Notes under the pieces: model-generated | Told to the model about the DNA's origin: nothing | The model's input: the letters and a program-made list of their open reading frames with translations, nothing else | Databases searched by the model: none | Source of the DNA: Alphaproteobacteria bacterium | GTDB taxonomy: Bacteria; Desulfobacterota; Binatia; UBA12015 | Assembly (NCBI GenBank): GCA_017853315.1 | Contig: JAFMJW010000001.1 | Span: forward strand, 960-64,959 | Direction of reading: 5' to 3' | Length of the DNA stretch: 64,000 nucleotides | Shown: positions 27,147-35,601 of the stretch, piece after piece | How positions within the stretch are numbered: the stretch's first letter is position 1 | How the letters are laid out: the number at the start of each line of letters is the position of its first letter | Position numbers and translations under genes: made by a program

Positions 27147-29309
27147 TCAGCCGGTGCGGAAGCGCGACATCTCGGTCTCGATCCCGCTCACCGCGCCGCG
27201 CAGGCGAGTCGCCGCCTCGCCGAGGTCGCTCACCGCGTCGGCCGAGCGCCGGGCGACCTCGGTGAGCTGCATCATCGCCTCGTCGATCTGCCGCGCCCCG
27301 GCCGCCTGCGCCTGCATGCCGTCGTTCACGGCGGCAAACCGCGGGATGAGCGACTGCACGCCGGAGAGGATCTCGGCGAAGCGCTCGCCTGTCGCGGCGG
27401 CCTCGGCGACGCGCCGGCGGACCTCCTCGGCGAAGCGGTCCATCTCCATCACGCCGCTCGCGACCGAGCCCTGCATCTCGCGGACGATCCGCTCGATGTC
27501 GAGCGAGGCAACCGCCGTCTGGTCCGCGAGCCGGCGGATCTCGCGCGCGACCACGGCGAAGCCGCGGCCGGCCTCGCCCGCCTTCTCGGCCTCGATCGCC
27601 GCGTTCAGCGAGAGCAGGTTCGTCTGGTCGGCGACCTTGGTGATCGTGGTGACGACCGAGCCGATGCTCGCGGCGCGCTCGCTGATCGCGGCGAGCTTCG
27701 CCGAAACCCCGCCGGTCGACTCGGCGAGCCGCACCATCGCGCCCTCGAGGTCGCCGAGGCTCGAGCGGCCCGTGTCGGCCAGGCGCGCGGTCTGGTCGCT
27801 CGCTTCCTTCACGTCGGAGATCGTCCCGACCAGGTCCTGGGCCGTCGCGGAGATCTCGCGCACGGCGGCCGCGATCTGGCTCGTCGACGCGCCGACGTCG
27901 GCCACGGTCGCCTCCTGCGTCCGGGCGGCGGCCGCGACGCCCGTCGCCGTGGACACGAGATCGACGCTCGCCTGCTGCACGCGGCCGACCAGCTGGCGCA
28001 GGGAACCCAGCATCGAGCGCACGGCGAGCAGGAGGTCGCCGGTCTCGTCGGATCCCGTCGCGCCGATCTCGACGGTCAGGTCGCCCGCGGCGACGCGGTC
28101 CGCCGCGTGGGCCGCCGCGGCGACGCGGTGGACGACCCTCTGCACGGTCCGCAGCGCGAGCCCCAGCGCGAGCAGCACGCCCGGGATCGCGATCCACAGC
28201 ACCCGGTTGCGCGCGGCGACGAGCGGGGCGAGCACCTCCATCTCGTCGACCTGCATCAGCAGTCGCCAGCTCCCGGTCTGGATCCGGGTGCCGACGTAGT
28301 ACCGCTCCGGGCCGCCCTGTCTCCCCGGGGCCAGCGAGAAGAAACTCCCGTCCTGGTCGCGGAAGAGGCCCTCGAGCTCGCTCGCGATGGGAGTCTCCTC
28401 GATGCGGTGCGTGACGAGCCCGGGCTCGGCGGTGGACGCGATGACGCGGCCGCGCCGCGAGATCAGGACGAACTCCGCGCTCTTGTAGGGTCGCTTGGCC
28501 GCGAGGTCCGCGGAGATCCGGCTCACGCTGCGGTCGATGCCCGCGACGCCGACGAAGCGCTCGCCGATCTCGATCGGCCAGGTGGTCTCGACGATCAGCT
28601 CGCCCTCGTAGTCGTAGGGCTCGGTGATCATGTACCGCTCGGGATCCTCGTCGCGGCCCCAGTTCACGTCCCACAGCCGGCTCACGCCGCCCGGGAGGTT
28701 GATGCCGGTGATCTCGGGCAGGCGCGCGTAGCGATTCTTCACGCCGCGGTACCAGAGCCCGTCGTCCATGCCGGTGAGCGGCTTGACCGAGATCTCCGCG
28801 GCGTCCCGCCTCGCCCGGAACCAGTAGGGAAGGAACCGGCCCTCGGCGTCGGTCGAGCCAGCGGGCAGCTTCGCGTTCGCCGGGTCGCGGTCGTGGCCGT
28901 CGGCGTCCTTCTCGTAGCCGAAGTACGCGCCGTAGGCGCCGGGCACGGCCGCGAGCATCCTGCGGGCGAACTCGCTCGAGACCGCGCGCTGTCCGAACAG
29001 GCCGGCGGCCTGCGCCGTCGCCATCGTGTGCGCCATCGCGACGATCGTCGCGCTCTCGCGCTCGATCGAGGACGCCGCCTCCGCGACGCGGTCGCGCAGC
29101 TCGGCCTCGGTCTGCAGCCGGATGCTCGCCTCGAAGTTCCGCAGCAGGTACCAGAGCAGTCCGGCGAGCAGGGCCACGAGCGGCAGCACGCTCAGCAGGA
29201 CGAGTTTCGCGCGCAGGCCCACCCTACGCGCACCCGGGCCGTGGCCCGGGCTTGCCGGGGTCGCGGAGGACGGCATCGCCGCCTCCCCCTCCCGGTAGGC
29301 TTCAGGCAC
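27147..29309 (-). CDS. Methyl-accepting chemotaxis protein with a periplasmic Cache-like sensor, HAMP and MA domains
   Basis: TM1 [21 protein letters not shown], ~280-aa periplasmic domain, TM2, HAMP, and the highly conserved signalling domain [39 protein letters not shown] at 29309 or ATG at 29276. Confidence 0.8.
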   Translation of the reverse strand: MPEAYREGEAAMPSSATPASPGHGPGARRVGLRAKLVLLSVLPLVALLAGLLWYLLRNFEASIRLQTEAELRDRVAEAASSIERESATIVAMAHTMATAQAAGLFGQRAVSSEFARRMLAAVPGAYGAYFGYEKDADGHDRDPANAKLPAGSTDAEGRFLPYWFRARRDAAEISVKPLTGMDDGLWYRGVKNRYARLPEITGINLPGGVSRLWDVNWGRDEDPERYMITEPYDYEGELIVETTWPIEIGERFVGVAGIDRSVSRISADLAAKRPYKSAEFVLISRRGRVIASTAEPGLVTHRIEETPIASELEGLFRDQDGSFFSLAPGRQGGPERYYVGTRIQTGSWRLLMQVDEMEVLAPLVAARNRVLWIAIPGVLLALGLALRTVQRVVHRVAAAAHAADRVAAGDLTVEIGATGSDETGDLLLAVRSMLGSLRQLVGRVQQASVDLVSTATGVAAAARTQEATVADVGASTSQIAAAVREISATAQDLVGTISDVKEASDQTARLADTGRSSLGDLEGAMVRLAESTGGVSAKLAAISERAASIGSVVTTITKVADQTNLLSLNAAIEAEKAGEAGRGFAVVAREIRRLADQTAVASLDIERIVREMQGSVASGVMEMDRFAEEVRRRVAEAAATGERFAEILSGVQSLIPRFAAVNDGMQAQAAGARQIDEAMMQLTEVARRSADAVSDLGEAATRLRGAVSGIETEMSRFRTG

Positions 29310-29634
29310 CGAGCGCGTCCTCCACGCGGGCGTGCGTCGGGATGATGCTGCCGAACCCGCTGATCTCGAAGATCTCCTTCACCGCGGGCGAGAGCGAGGC
29401 GACCGAGAACGGCTGGCCGGCTCCCTTCGCGCGCTTGGCGGCGAGCAGCAGGCTGCGCAGCCCCGCGCTGCTCACGTACTCGACGCCCTTCATGTCGACG
29501 ACGACGCGAGCGCCCCCGGCGGCGGCCATCGCGTCGATCACCGCCTTCTCGAAGTCGGCGGTCGCCGTGCCGTCGAGTCGCCCCGACGCCCGCAGCACCG
29601 TCGCTCCGCGCACCTGTTCCGCTTCGATCTTCAT
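29302..29634 (-). CDS. STAS-domain anti-sigma-factor antagonist (SpoIIAA/RsbV-like)
   Basis: ATG at 29634 overlaps the stop of the upstream kinase gene (ATGA). [20 protein letters not shown]...[19 protein letters not shown], with the phosphorylatable Ser in the SSAG context. Confidence 0.8.
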   Translation of the reverse strand: MKIEAEQVRGATVLRASGRLDGTATADFEKAVIDAMAAAGGARVVVDMKGVEYVSSAGLRSLLLAAKRAKGAGQPFSVASLSPAVKEIFEISGFGSIIPTHARVEDALGA

Positions 29635-30083
29635 CCGTCGCTCCTCGGGCCGCGGCCCGCCGGGGGGGGATCGAGCCGTTTCTCGATCCGGACCCGGTTC
29701 TGGTCCCCCGTCCATTCGTAATCGACCGAATCCATCGTTTTCTTGACCATGTGGATGCCGAGCCCCCCGATCCGGCGCTCTTCGAGGGGGGAATCGAGGT
29801 CGGGCGGGGGGGCGTCCCGGAGGGGGTCGAAGCGCCGGCCCCGGTCCCGGATCTCCGCCCGGAGCCGGGTTCCGTCGAGCCCGACCTCGACCTCGATCGG
29901 CTCGGTGGAGCCTCCGTGGGTGATCGCGTTCGTCAGGAGTTCGTCGAGGGCGAGGTTGACCTGGAGGAGGGGTCCCGGCGGAATCCCGTGGTCCGTGCCG
30001 AAGGTCTCGAGGAACCCGGCCAGCCGCTCGAGGGCGGAGAGGTCGGGCGGCAGCTCGATCGTTCGGGAGTCGGCCGGGCCCAT
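29631..30083 (-). CDS. Anti-sigma-factor / STAS-kinase of the RsbW/SpoIIAB family (GHKL Ser kinase)
   Basis: ATG at 30083 (verified). N-box LALDELLTNAITHG and G-box RIGGLGIHMVKKTMD. Confidence 0.75.
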   Translation of the reverse strand: MGPADSRTIELPPDLSALERLAGFLETFGTDHGIPPGPLLQVNLALDELLTNAITHGGSTEPIEVEVGLDGTRLRAEIRDRGRRFDPLRDAPPPDLDSPLEERRIGGLGIHMVKKTMDSVDYEWTGDQNRVRIEKRLDPPPAGRGPRSDG

Positions 30084-30093
30084 CCGGCCGCCC

Positions 30094-30588
30094 TCAGCGC
30101 TGTGGCTGGCCCGTGAAGGCGAGCCGGGTCTTGCCGTCCGGCCCGCCGAGCAGGAGGCGTCCGTCCTCGACCTTCCACCAGCTCGACGACGTGAGGGCGT
30201 CGAGAAACTCCCGTTCGAGCTTCATCTCGGCCTCCTCGCAGGCCATCCGCGTCCCCGCGATCGGGCCGAGCTTCCAGGAGCCGGGGCCGGACCCGACGAC
30301 TTCCGCTCCCCAGCGATTGCAGCCCGAGAATCCCGCCGCCCGCGCGCCGTCGAGGGCGAGCGTCGGCCGGCGTTCCCCGGCCGCCACGGCCTTGCCGTCG
30401 AGGTCGGAAAGCGTCCACGCGGTGCCCGCGATCGGGGCCAGGTCCGGGAGCGCCGCGACCGCGACCGTCGGTGCAGCCGCGGGAGCGACCGGGACCGGTG
30501 TGGGGCTCGCGGTCGCGCGGGCCGCGCAAGCCTGCAGGACGCAGGTCGCGGCGAGACCGAGGACGGCGGCGAACGGCTTGGCGATCAT
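30094..30588 (-). CDS. META-domain (HslJ-like) lipoprotein
   Basis: Signal plus lipobox VLQAC. The FSGCNRWGAEV / SWKLGPIAGTRMAC pattern is typical of HslJ/META (DUF306). 11 nt upstream of the kinase gene on the same strand. Confidence 0.65.
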   Translation of the reverse strand: MIAKPFAAVLGLAATCVLQACAARATASPTPVPVAPAAAPTVAVAALPDLAPIAGTAWTLSDLDGKAVAAGERRPTLALDGARAAGFSGCNRWGAEVVGSGPGSWKLGPIAGTRMACEEAEMKLEREFLDALTSSSWWKVEDGRLLLGGPDGKTRLAFTGQPQR

Positions 30589-31313
30589 GCGCGTCCGCTA
30601 CCACCCGTCGTGGGCGGCCGCCAAGCGGGCTCCCGGCCGCGGTCGTACCACGAGAGGTCGACGCGGTGGGTGCCGAAGAGCCGGTCGGGCAGCGTCGTCG
30701 CCGCCCCGAAGTTGACGCGCGCGTCGGCGTGGTGGGCGACGTGCACGAGCGGGGTCGTGAGCCAGGAGGTGAGCGCGCTCTGGTGCCAGCCCCGCGGCAC
30801 CGGCTCGTGGTTCACGTGGGTCGCGACGAGCGCCGTGATCATGAAGGCGGACACGGCCACGATCGTCGCGACGTGCACCGGGTGGAGCGCGACCAGCACG
30901 GGGAAGATGCCGAAGGCGGCGAGCGCCTCCGCGGGGTGCAGCGAGAGCGCCGTCCAGGCATCGGTCGCGGCGGAGAGGTGGTGCAGCCGGTGTACCGAGC
31001 GGAACAGCCGGCGCGTGTGCATCAGGCGGTGCAGGCCGTAGAGGTAGGTCTCGACGATCGCGAGCCAGGCCGCGCACTCGAGCGCGATCCGCGCCGGCGA
31101 GACCGCCCCCGTCGCCACCCGGAGCCGGCCCGAGAGGACGAGGATCGTCGTCGCGGTGCCCAGCGTCAGGATGATCGCGATCGTGGTCCAGGCGAGTCGC
31201 CTCTCCCGCCTGCGCACGTCGGCACCCGGGACGACGTCGACGATCGGACGTCGGGGGCCGGGCGCCCCGCGCGGGATCGCGTCCACCGCCGCGTGTTCGA
31301 TGGACCGGGGCAT
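30585..31313 (-). CDS. Fatty acid hydroxylase / sterol desaturase superfamily membrane protein (His-box di-iron enzyme)
   Basis: ATG at 31313 (verified). His boxes HRLMH, HRLHH, HVAHH with 3-4 TM helices. 4-nt overlap with the downstream HslJ-like gene. Confidence 0.7.
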   Translation of the reverse strand: MPRSIEHAAVDAIPRGAPGPRRPIVDVVPGADVRRRERRLAWTTIAIILTLGTATTILVLSGRLRVATGAVSPARIALECAAWLAIVETYLYGLHRLMHTRRLFRSVHRLHHLSAATDAWTALSLHPAEALAAFGIFPVLVALHPVHVATIVAVSAFMITALVATHVNHEPVPRGWHQSALTSWLTTPLVHVAHHADARVNFGAATTLPDRLFGTHRVDLSWYDRGREPAWRPPTTGGSGRA

Positions 31314-31536
31314 TCCCCGCTCATAGCGGCATCCCGGCGTGGCACCAAGGCGCCTCCACGGGCGAGTGGCGAGGTGGCGCCCGATCGCACCGGGCCGGCC
31401 TCCGCGCGCGGGACGTCATTCGGCGTCCCGTGCGCGGGTCGGTCGCGGGCGCCCGAGCGCGGAAGGCCCGCCGGTCTCCCGGCGGGCCTTCCGAAAGTTC
31501 ACCGCGGCACGAAGCGCCGCGGCCGTGCGTCCCGCG

Positions 31537-33876
31537 TCAGGGCGTGGGCGTCGGCGTCGGCGCGACCGGCGGGAAGTCCGACTGGGCCCGCGACTCGAAG
31601 TCGTCCATGAAGACGGTGCCGGTCGCGGACAGGCCGAGCCCGCCGAGGAAGCCGAGCTGGATGCCGTCGATGAACACCTGGTCGTTCGGAACGCCGCTCA
31701 CCGACTGGGTGGTCCCGTTCACCTTCAGGGTGAACGAGCCGTCGTTCGTGCCCGGCCCGGTCGCCTTCACCCAGTCGATCTCGATCGCCGACCATCCCGG
31801 CTTCACGAGCGGGATCTTCGCGGTCGGGAAATTCGCGGCGTCGCCGTTGCTGCGGGCAATGCCGAAGATCTGCCAGCTGTTCGGCGCCGTGTACTGCAGG
31901 CGAAGCTCGAACGGCCGCGCTGCCGGGTCGCCCGCGAGCCGACCCGTCATCATGCGCAGGACGCGGCTCGTCGGCACCGAGAGCGTGTTCAGGTTCAGGA
32001 AGAAGCGCGCCCGGTAGCGATCCTCGAGCGCGGGCGAGGTGTCCTTCACCCACAGCTTCGCCTTGTTCGACGGCGGCGGCAGTCCCTCCGGACTGAAGAG
32101 AAGGCCCTCGGTGCCCGTGAACGCCGCCAGCGGGGACACGTACATGTGCGGCGGCGGCGCCTTGTCCGAGACCTTCGTCCACTTGTTCAGGTTCCCCGAC
32201 TCGAAGTTGTCGAAGAAGATGATGTCGAACGGCGTCGGAGTCGCGACCGGCGTCGGGGTCGCCACCGGCGTCGGGGTCGCCACCGGCGTCGGGGTCGGGA
32301 CCGGCGTCGGGGTCGGGGTCGCCGTCGGAACGGGCGTCGGGGTGGGCGTCGGCGTGGGCGTGGGCGTCGGGGCCGCCGGGCAGGCCGGGATCGTCCCGTC
32401 GACCGTGACCGTCGCCGCGGGGGTGACGTTTCCGGTCAGCGTCGGTGCGCCGCTGCGCATCCGGATGACGTTCACGCCTCCGCTCGAGCCCGCGAGCATC
32501 TGGCCCGCGATCGTGACCGACTGGCTCGCCGTGATCGTGTTCGTGCCCGCCGACCGCGAGTCCGCGTTGCCCGCCGGGGTCGAGGTGATGTTCACGTTGC
32601 ACGCTTCGAGCGTGATGGTGCCCGAGATGCTGGTCTTCAGGACGCCGGACAGCGTGATCGTGCCGTAGGTGGAATGGATGTCCGCCGCGCCGCCGCCGCC
32701 GTTGCCGGTCAGGTTGACGGTGCGCAGCAGCGTGCTGCCCTCGGCGTAGACGTCCATCGTCCCGCCGAACCCGGCGTAGTCGCCGGTTCCGGGGCCGACC
32801 GCGTCGATCGCCGTCGCCGTCGCCTGGGTGAAGGTCGTGATCGCGTAGACCGTGATGTAGCCGCCGCCGCAGGCCGTGCCGCCGTTCAGCGTGACGTCGG
32901 CGTTGATCGCGATCGCGTCCCCGGAATCGAGGGTCAGGTCGCCGCCGTCGCCGCATTGGAACTCGATGCCCGAGCCGCCGTTGCTGGAGAGGGCGCCGCC
33001 GATCGTGATCGGTCCCTGGTCGTTCGTGATGTCGATCGAGCCGCCGTAGCCGTCGGGGTTGCCGCCGTCGGCCGAGATCCTCCTGCTCGTCGTGATGGAG
33101 CCGGCCGAGGTGAAGATGCTGACCGCGCCGCCGCTGCCCGGGCCCGACGTGTCGAGCGCGCCGCCGTTGGTGCCGCCGATCGTCACGCCCGTGGCCGCCG
33201 CGATGTCGATCCCGCCGCCGAAGGCGAAGGTGCCCGCGGCGCCCGCCGAGATGTCGCGCTCGACCTGGACGTCGGCGCCGGCCGTGATGTCGACCGTGCC
33301 GGCCGCGGAATCGCTGCCGGAAGCGCTCACGTCGATCAGGCCGTTCAGGACCACGCGGCCGGTCGCGCTCAGGCTCAGGTAGCCGGCGTTCAGCCCGCTC
33401 AGGTTGATGCGCGAGATGTTGCTGCTCGCCGACTGCATCTCGATGTTGCCGTCGGTCGCCGTGATCGTGACCACGGCGTCGTCGCCGTTGCCGAAGATCC
33501 CGGACTTCGCCTGGAACGTGACCGACTTGGCGATCATGTCGACCGCTCGCGTCATGCCGCCGGCGGCGAGCGTCAGGAGCGAGTTCGTCGTGACGACGAC
33601 GTCGGAGGCCCCGAAGTCGAGCGTGCTCGGCACGGTCACCACCGGCAGGCCGGAGATGTTGCACGTGGTGCCGGCCGTCCAGCCGGCCTGGCACACGTCC
33701 GCGGCGACGGTGGCGTTCGCACGGACGGGCAGGCCGAGCAGCGCGGACGCGAGCACGACGGCTGCGGTCGCCGCGCGGCGGGCCGCGGGACCGGGACTCG
33801 AGGTCGATCGATTCAAGGGGAAACCTCCCGGAGCGGCCCGAGGGCGCTCCTTCCAGATGTCCGATCCTCCTAGCAT
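31537..33876 (-). CDS. Large secreted protein: signal peptide, Gly/Thr/Ser-rich parallel beta-helix-like repeats, PT-rich linker, C-terminal ~200-aa domain
   Basis: ATG at 33876 (verified) inside ORF 31537..34644. Signal AAVVLASALLGLPVRANA. Repetitive TITATDGNIE / GGSIDITNDQGPITIGG segments. Linker PTPTPTPTPTPVPTATPTPTPVPTPTPVATPTPVATPTP. The C-terminal domain contains W/F/Y-rich segments. Confidence 0.65.
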   Translation of the reverse strand: MLGGSDIWKERPRAAPGGFPLNRSTSSPGPAARRAATAAVVLASALLGLPVRANATVAADVCQAGWTAGTTCNISGLPVVTVPSTLDFGASDVVVTTNSLLTLAAGGMTRAVDMIAKSVTFQAKSGIFGNGDDAVVTITATDGNIEMQSASSNISRINLSGLNAGYLSLSATGRVVLNGLIDVSASGSDSAAGTVDITAGADVQVERDISAGAAGTFAFGGGIDIAAATGVTIGGTNGGALDTSGPGSGGAVSIFTSAGSITTSRRISADGGNPDGYGGSIDITNDQGPITIGGALSSNGGSGIEFQCGDGGDLTLDSGDAIAINADVTLNGGTACGGGYITVYAITTFTQATATAIDAVGPGTGDYAGFGGTMDVYAEGSTLLRTVNLTGNGGGGAADIHSTYGTITLSGVLKTSISGTITLEACNVNITSTPAGNADSRSAGTNTITASQSVTIAGQMLAGSSGGVNVIRMRSGAPTLTGNVTPAATVTVDGTIPACPAAPTPTPTPTPTPTPVPTATPTPTPVPTPTPVATPTPVATPTPVATPTPFDIIFFDNFESGNLNKWTKVSDKAPPPHMYVSPLAAFTGTEGLLFSPEGLPPPSNKAKLWVKDTSPALEDRYRARFFLNLNTLSVPTSRVLRMMTGRLAGDPAARPFELRLQYTAPNSWQIFGIARSNGDAANFPTAKIPLVKPGWSAIEIDWVKATGPGTNDGSFTLKVNGTTQSVSGVPNDQVFIDGIQLGFLGGLGLSATGTVFMDDFESRAQSDFPPVAPTPTPTP
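32225..32390 (-). repeat. Low-complexity Pro-Thr (PT) linker-encoding repeat, ~12-18-nt periodic ggcgtcggggtcgcc units
   Basis: Seen directly in the sequence; encodes the (PT)n / PTPVATPT linker. Confidence 0.7.
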
Positions 33877-34107
33877 CCTCGCCGACGGCAGGGGAGCGAA
33901 TTTCGCGATCGGGGGGCGGGGTGGCTCCGCCCCCCGATCGCGGGCCTGTCGGTCCCGACCCGTCCTGCGGCGCATTGGTCCGGCCGTGGGCCGGCTGGTA
34001 GGACCCCCGGGGGGCCGGCGGTCGCCGACCGGCCGAGGCGCCGGGGTCGGCGCCCGGGCAGCCGCGGGCCGCGGTCGGGCCCCGAAGGCGGCCCCACGGG
34101 AGGAGCC
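33877..34107. promoter_or_regulatory. Divergent intergenic region (231 nt) between the secreted beta-helix gene (-) and cmoA (+)
   Basis: Non-coding gap between divergent starts. No element assigned. Confidence 0.25.
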
Positions 34108-34833
34108 ATGACGAAGCGGGACGAGATCTACCTGGTGCCGAAGCCGATCGTCTCGGACTTCTCCTTCGGGCAGGAGACGGCGGCGGTCTTCGACGACATG
34201 CTCGATCGCTCCGTCCCCTTCTATGCCGAGATCCAGCGGATGATCACCGAGCTCGTCGGCGACTTCGCGGTCGACGGGACCAACGTCTACGACCTCGGGT
34301 GCTCGACCTGCGCGACCTTCCGCCGCCTCTCGGACCTCGAGCGCGACGTCACCTTCGTCGGGATCGACGACTCGCAGGCGATGCTCGACCGCGGCCGCGA
34401 GATCATGGAGGCGTCGGGCTTCCCCCGCCGCTACGAGCTCCAGCGGCGCGACCTCCACTCCGGGCTCGACATCCACGACGCGTCGGTCGTGATCCTCTGC
34501 CTCACCCTGCAGTTCGTGCGTCCGCTCCACCGCGAGCGCCTCATGAAGGCGATCTACGACGGCCTGAACCCGCAAGGCTGCCTGATCGTCGTCGAGAAAG
34601 TGCTCGCCGGGGAGACGCTCATGAACCGCTTCTTCATCAAGCACTACTACGACATGAAGCGGCGCAACGGGTACTCCGAGACCGAGATCGCGCAGAAGCG
34701 CGAGGCGCTCGAGAACGTGCTCATTCCCTACCGCCTCGACGAGAACGTCGCGCTCCTGCGCGGCGCCGGCTTCCGCGAGCCCGAGATCTTCTTCAAGTGG
34801 TACAACTTCTGCGGCCTGGTGGCGGTGAAGTGA
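34108..34833 (+). CDS. cmoA: Carboxy-S-adenosyl-L-methionine synthase
   Basis: Strong family match: FDDMLDRSVPFYAEIQRMI, VYDLGCSTCA, VILCLTLQFV, YDGLNPQGCLIVVEK, RRNGYSETEIAQKREALENV, WYNFCGLVAVK. Confidence 0.85.
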   Translation: MTKRDEIYLVPKPIVSDFSFGQETAAVFDDMLDRSVPFYAEIQRMITELVGDFAVDGTNVYDLGCSTCATFRRLSDLERDVTFVGIDDSQAMLDRGREIMEASGFPRRYELQRRDLHSGLDIHDASVVILCLTLQFVRPLHRERLMKAIYDGLNPQGCLIVVEKVLAGETLMNRFFIKHYYDMKRRNGYSETEIAQKREALENVLIPYRLDENVALLRGAGFREPEIFFKWYNFCGLVAVK

Positions 34834-35594
34834 GTTCGTCCGCCGCGAGTCCCCCCGGGGGCCTCCACGACCGGATCGGCCGCTTCGTCTTCGGCTGGCG
34901 CGACCTGCTCGCGCCGCTCTGCGGAATCCTCCTGCTCGTGTTCGCGAAGCCCCGTCCGTTCCTCGGCGACCCGGCCGCGGACCGGTGGCAGGACGCGCTC
35001 GGGCTGCTCGTCTGCGCCGTCGGCCAGGCGCTGCGCTTCGCCGTGATCGGCTTCGCCTACATCAAGCGCGGCGGCACCAACAAGGAGATCGACGCGCCGA
35101 AGCTGGTCGTCGAGGGCTTCTACGCCCACAGTCGCAACCCGATGTACGTCGGCAACTTCCTCCTGCTGGTCGGCCTCGCGATCCTCTGGAACTCGGCCTT
35201 CGTCACCCTGCTCGTGCTGCCCGTCATGCTGCTCGGGATCCACGCGATCGTCCGGGCGGAAGAGCGATTCCTCTCCGGGCGCTTCGGTGCCGAGTACGAC
35301 GACTACTGCCGCCGCGTGAACCGCTTCCTGCCCTCGCTGCGCGGGCTCCGCGAGACGACGTCGTCCATGCGCTTCGAGTGGAAGCGCGCGCTGCGCAAGG
35401 ACTACGGCACCTTCTTCGCGTGGACCTCGACGGCGGTCGTGTTCATGATCGTCGAGCGGCTGCACTGGTTCGGGGCGGACGCGAGTCGCGTCGCGATCCA
35501 GCGGCTGGTCGCGGCCTGGTTCCTCCTCGCGGCCGCCTGGGCGGCGACCCGCTGGGCGAAGAAGACCGGGCGCCTCGCGACCGTCGACGACTGA
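34830..35594 (+). CDS. Isoprenylcysteine-carboxyl-methyltransferase (ICMT)/phospholipid methyltransferase-family integral membrane methyltransferase
   Basis: GTG at 34830 overlaps the cmoA stop (GTGA). Motif LVVEGFYAHSRNPMYVGNFLLLVGLAILWNS...RAEERFLSGRFGAEYDDY matches the ICMT/PEMT-family C-terminal SAM-binding region. 5-6 TM helices. Confidence 0.65.
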   Translation: MSSSAASPPGGLHDRIGRFVFGWRDLLAPLCGILLLVFAKPRPFLGDPAADRWQDALGLLVCAVGQALRFAVIGFAYIKRGGTNKEIDAPKLVVEGFYAHSRNPMYVGNFLLLVGLAILWNSAFVTLLVLPVMLLGIHAIVRAEERFLSGRFGAEYDDYCRRVNRFLPSLRGLRETTSSMRFEWKRALRKDYGTFFAWTSTAVVFMIVERLHWFGADASRVAIQRLVAAWFLLAAAWAATRWAKKTGRLATVDD

Positions 35595-35601
35595 GCGCCC
35601 G

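Noticed and set aside
25384-29345. Very long plus-strand ORFs (971 and 1141 aa) across the che operon
   Set aside because: Antisense to cheR, cheW and the MCP, whose translations carry unmistakable family motifs. Spurious GC-driven frames.
31339-33873. 844-aa plus-strand ORF and the overlapping 731-aa minus-strand ORF 31499..33694
   Set aside because: Both overlap the frame 31537..34644, which encodes a protein-like sequence with a signal peptide, PT linker and diverse composition. The alternatives are R/G/D-rich artefacts.
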